A stretch of 64,000 bases of DNA. Origin: the human T2T-CHM13v2.0 reference genome, Homo sapiens. Where the stretch lies: assembly GCF_009914755.1 (NCBI RefSeq), contig NC_060937.1; one strand, given 5' to 3'. Shown piece after piece: positions 60,054 to 64,000 of the stretch (position 1 is its first letter; each line of letters begins with the position of its first letter). The notes below the pieces were generated by a model. It was not told the DNA's origin. It made no database searches and saw only the letters and a list, made by a program, of their open reading frames with translations. A program made the position numbers and the translations under genes.

Positions 60054-63000
60054 GAGGCCTTTTATATTTACAAAATCTACTATTTCAATTTTAAAAACGA
60101 TTTTTATTGCTCAAAATTATGACTCATATTTATCTTTTATTTTTACCTGAATGAAAATAATCTAATTATTTACTTAAAACAAAGTGCTATAAGGTTCATC
60201 AAAGAATCTGAGTAAAATTTTTATTAAAATGGACAAAAACTCATTCCTTATGTTATCTAATGAAAGGAGGCAACGTGCACATGAGGTGGATTGGACAGAA
60301 TGTGGCTCCTGAGAGGTGCTCAGTGAGTGTTCAATGTGAATCTACAACAGTGTAAATTGCATTTGTGGTTTAGCTTGAGCAACACACACAATGGACAGAC
60401 TTTGGGGATTTCTTGACTTGGGTTGGCAATATTAATGTGGTGTAAATAACATCCAAACACTAAAGGGGAGACAGAGAAGTTAAGGACTTTTTAAAACTAA
60501 AAGAATTTCCATGACTTTGGCATGTAATTAAACCAATGAAGTTTCCCAAATACAGATGTTTTTTAAGTGTTATGGAAAACTAAGGTAAATTGCATAGAAG
60601 ATTCAAATCTCATCATTCCTTTACCAAAAAGATTTTGCTCTTCACACTGAAATAAGCTGCTGGGGAACAAAAGAAATTAAGACATATCTGCCTTTGAAAG
60701 AACATCTGCTTATAATGACCTATAATTTAAAGACTCCAAGATTTTAGATGAACACATCAAATGCTTTGCAAGCCTCCAGACCAGTTTTATTTGAGTGTGA
60801 GCTGCCTTTAAAACTCATTCCTCATGAGCAAAGAACAAACACAAGAATTCGGTTTAATGGGAGATAGTAGGCAGGTGAGTGGGTGGATGGGTAGAGAATG
60901 TTTCCTAACTTCTCTATCATCTGTGAAGAAACAGTAAAGAGCAGTCTACCTCTGGGGAGAAGGAGTAAGGTAGATAAAAGGCAGCACATTAGTTAAAGTT
61001 GGACAGCACGATCTTTATCACACCTACTTCTGACTGAGCACATTATTAACATTGTTCATAGCCAGGATATGCCACATGTCCTCGTCCACAGCAGGTTGCA
61101 AACAGACAGCATATTGTTTTTGCAAAACTTTGATATCATATTACCTTTAGTTAATCTAATAGACACTGAGTTTGTCATAGCTTGTTTACTACCATAATCA
61201 AACAGAAGGTTTAAATAATATATAATAAAATGATTAAGATGAAGACGGTTAAATGAATGCTGTTGATTTTCTTTACGCCAAAATGGGACTCATGAACTTA
61301 ATGCTTTTCTCCATCAAAGTGCACCACATTTAAAGCCAGAGTGAGATGCTATCAATGCCCACTTTACTTTCAAATGCTTTGATAAGGCTTTATCAATGCC
61401 ATTCATTTTTCTTGAAGTAATGAAGCCATTACATTTGTAATGTAGGAAGCATCATTTTGTTTCAGCATCACACACACAAATGGAAATAAAACTTATTTTC
61501 TCTTCTTCCAGATTTGAGTAACATAACGTTGCTAAATCAGAGAAAGAGGCAGCTGCCCCCATCCTTTCAAGACTCGCAACTCTCCTGTGCTGAGGCAGGT
61601 CGTGTGACGTTTCCCACTTATTTATGTTTTTCCCTAATGAAAGCGTGCTTCTTTGTGTGGCAATAGATAGTTTAGATTTTTTAATATTGTTAGTGTTGAG
61701 AGATAAACACTTTGGTACATATTGGAGAGTAATAAATTGTGTCGAACATTGATAAACTAACGCAATTACCAGCAAGGTCAGAGAGTCAGCTAATTTAGAA
61801 ATATCAGTCCTAGGATTTTGAGTTGTCCCCTGGAGAACTGCAGCCACTTTATTACAGCAGGAGGGTGAGGAGAAAATGGTACATTAGGATTGATCTTTTG
61901 ATCTAATTGTGGAACTCTGCCATTCCTTGTTTGACCAAAAATGCTTACCAAGCAAGAGGAAACATAGCACAACTAATTGAGGACCATCCCTTACAAACCA
62001 GAGGAATTCTGGGAAATAAAGGACAAATTGCACCTGATATTACTGGTATGAGGTAGCTGTCACCGAGGTGCATGTTTGTGATTCTTTTCAAGGATGTTTT
62101 TTAAATCATAATTACAAACAAAATTTAGTATATTCAACCAGTATAAGGAGAAAAATTCATTTTTACATTTGTCACCTGTGCTGATAAAATTCTAACAAAT
62201 TTTGAATGAAATATTTAGCACCCCTCTTTGGAAATGGGGCTTAAATTAGACTTCAGGGTACTTAGCTTTCAAAAAACTTTCATCTCCAGGAAATGTTTTA
62301 TGGGCCTTGTATATTTTTTAATATTTATCTCCTTGCTATCAATGATACAAAGAATATGCATTGCCTAACTTATACCTAAAGCTACATTTATTCTAGACTT
62401 TCTAAATTCTAGACTAAAATGTAAGTATAATTTTCTGTTTACATTATTATTGTAACTCTTAAGATGATTTAGTTTAGCTTTCACCCAATATCTATCAGGT
62501 CCTGGCCTCTAGGACTAGGCTAATTTGACTGATTGTGTTAAAGTCAAACTGGGTAACATCCTGATTCCAGAGTCCAAATAGAGTTCAATTGAAATAAGAT
62601 TCGTGTTTAGCTACCAGGCACATCATAGGCACCAGCAAATTGTGTTACTTGAGAAAGCTGTTTCAAATGTAGTCTCTTTTAATACATAATCCCATTTGAT
62701 AAGGGAGTCACACAGGAAGCACTAAGACTGCAAAATGATTAAAAGGGTATATATGCAGCATCTTTGAAAGGCACGGAATTGACAGCCTTTCAGAAGTTCA
62801 GATTCTCATATTGGACAATAACAAAAATGTCTTAAGACTCTGCCCTAATATTTCCATGCAAATATGTAAGTTACTTACAACTAGTAAATTCTGATAATCT
62901 AATAAGGTTGGATTACATCTGAAAATCTTCCCCTTGGATATTATGCTTCCAAAGCAGAAACCTTTTAATACAGGAATTCGTGCTCAAATGGTTATAAGAC

Positions 63001-64000
63001 AATCAGGAAAAGAAGTAAAAATGTGGCATCGTTTACTGCGATTCTAATTTCAAATGGAATCAAGTTTTCCAAATAGTAAGGTAATTAACAGGAAGAAAAA
63101 AGTTCTTAAGAAGCTGAGTAAGGAAAAAGATGTCATTGTTGAATGATTATGGACCACACTTTCAGTTCTTTGCCAAGATTCAATTCAGTGCCTGCAATTT
63201 TCAGACTCACAGACACGTCTTGCAGAATCCAGAGCCCCTTCAGTTTCATTAAGTTTTCCTTCTATATCCTCAGTTGCTGTGAATTTGGCTGTATTATTGA
63301 GTACTTAAAGTTCACTCAAGGATGTTCGTATTTTCAAAACAGGGTCTTGAGAACACAACTAGAATGTTGACAATTCTGTACTGTGGCAGCAGATTGTATT
63401 AATGTACACAGCAAATAACCGATGTCAAATTGATGCAGCTGCCCAGCTGTCTGGCCTTTGTCTGCAGGTTTAATTCCCAGAATGGGACTGGGGTAATCCC
63501 TTTGTGATACAATCAGCTCTAGGGGTTTAGTCGCTTATATTACATTATTGAAGGGATGATGAGCTGATGATGGGCTGATAACAGGAAGATTGCATTAGGC
63601 AGAATATTAGCCCAAATACCTCTGAGATGCTAAACTGCCTCTGTTGCTGGAACCTTACACACAGTTTTTTTTGTTTTTGGTTTTTCTTTTTTTTATATTA
63701 AAAAAAGCAAATTGAAATCATCTTACGATAAGTCTGAAGTAGTTTGCCTAGATAAGAGTCCATATTTAGCATATAGAAGATAATTTTCACAATAAATGGA
63801 TAACAGAAAAATTTGGAATAGAGAGTATATTTGCATAACATATTATATATTGTGTAAAGTACACATATAACATATACATATATTATATACATATGATAAC
63901 AGTATAATATTATTTTGGTAAAGTCATACAAACCAATAGATTTGTCACAAATTATATCATGATTTAAAATACTGACTGCCTTTAATTTCAAGAATTTGAA

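Noticed and set aside
63100-63115. 16-bp exact match to 13408-13423 (aagttcttaagaagct)
   Set aside because: About one such match is expected by chance in 64 kb of AT-rich DNA; no flanking similarity

Overview
Human (primate) AT-rich, non-coding genomic DNA, either intronic or intergenic. A near-consensus AluYa5 indicates Homo sapiens. I recognise no intact host protein-coding exon. The recognisable ORFs in the track are LINE-1 ORF1/ORF2 remnants, Alu/LTR/microsatellite read-through or a NIPA2 processed-pseudogene fragment, and the rest look spurious. Roughly half or more of the window is transposon-derived (L1PB, L1PA2/4/7/8, L1MA/MC/ME, about 12 Alus, LTR12C, MLT2A1, MLT1, MER47, MADE1, MIR, L2), often nested. 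I found no evidence for a new gene system. The interesting signals are mutational fossils readable in the sequence: (1) a 165-bp templated copy of sequence from 5.1 kb away, with a 25-bp flanking duplication and fold-back filler; (2) a TSD-bounded insertion of inverted L1 plus unique polyadenylated sequence, a candidate twin-primed 3' transduction; (3) an L1PA2 insertion apparently coupled to a multi-kb deletion; (4) an L2 > NIPA2 retrocopy > twin-primed L1PA4 nest recording a proximal poly(A) isoform; (5) an ancient twin-primed L1MC1. Subfamily names come from recalled diagnostic motifs, not a RepeatMasker run, and boundaries of old elements are approximate.
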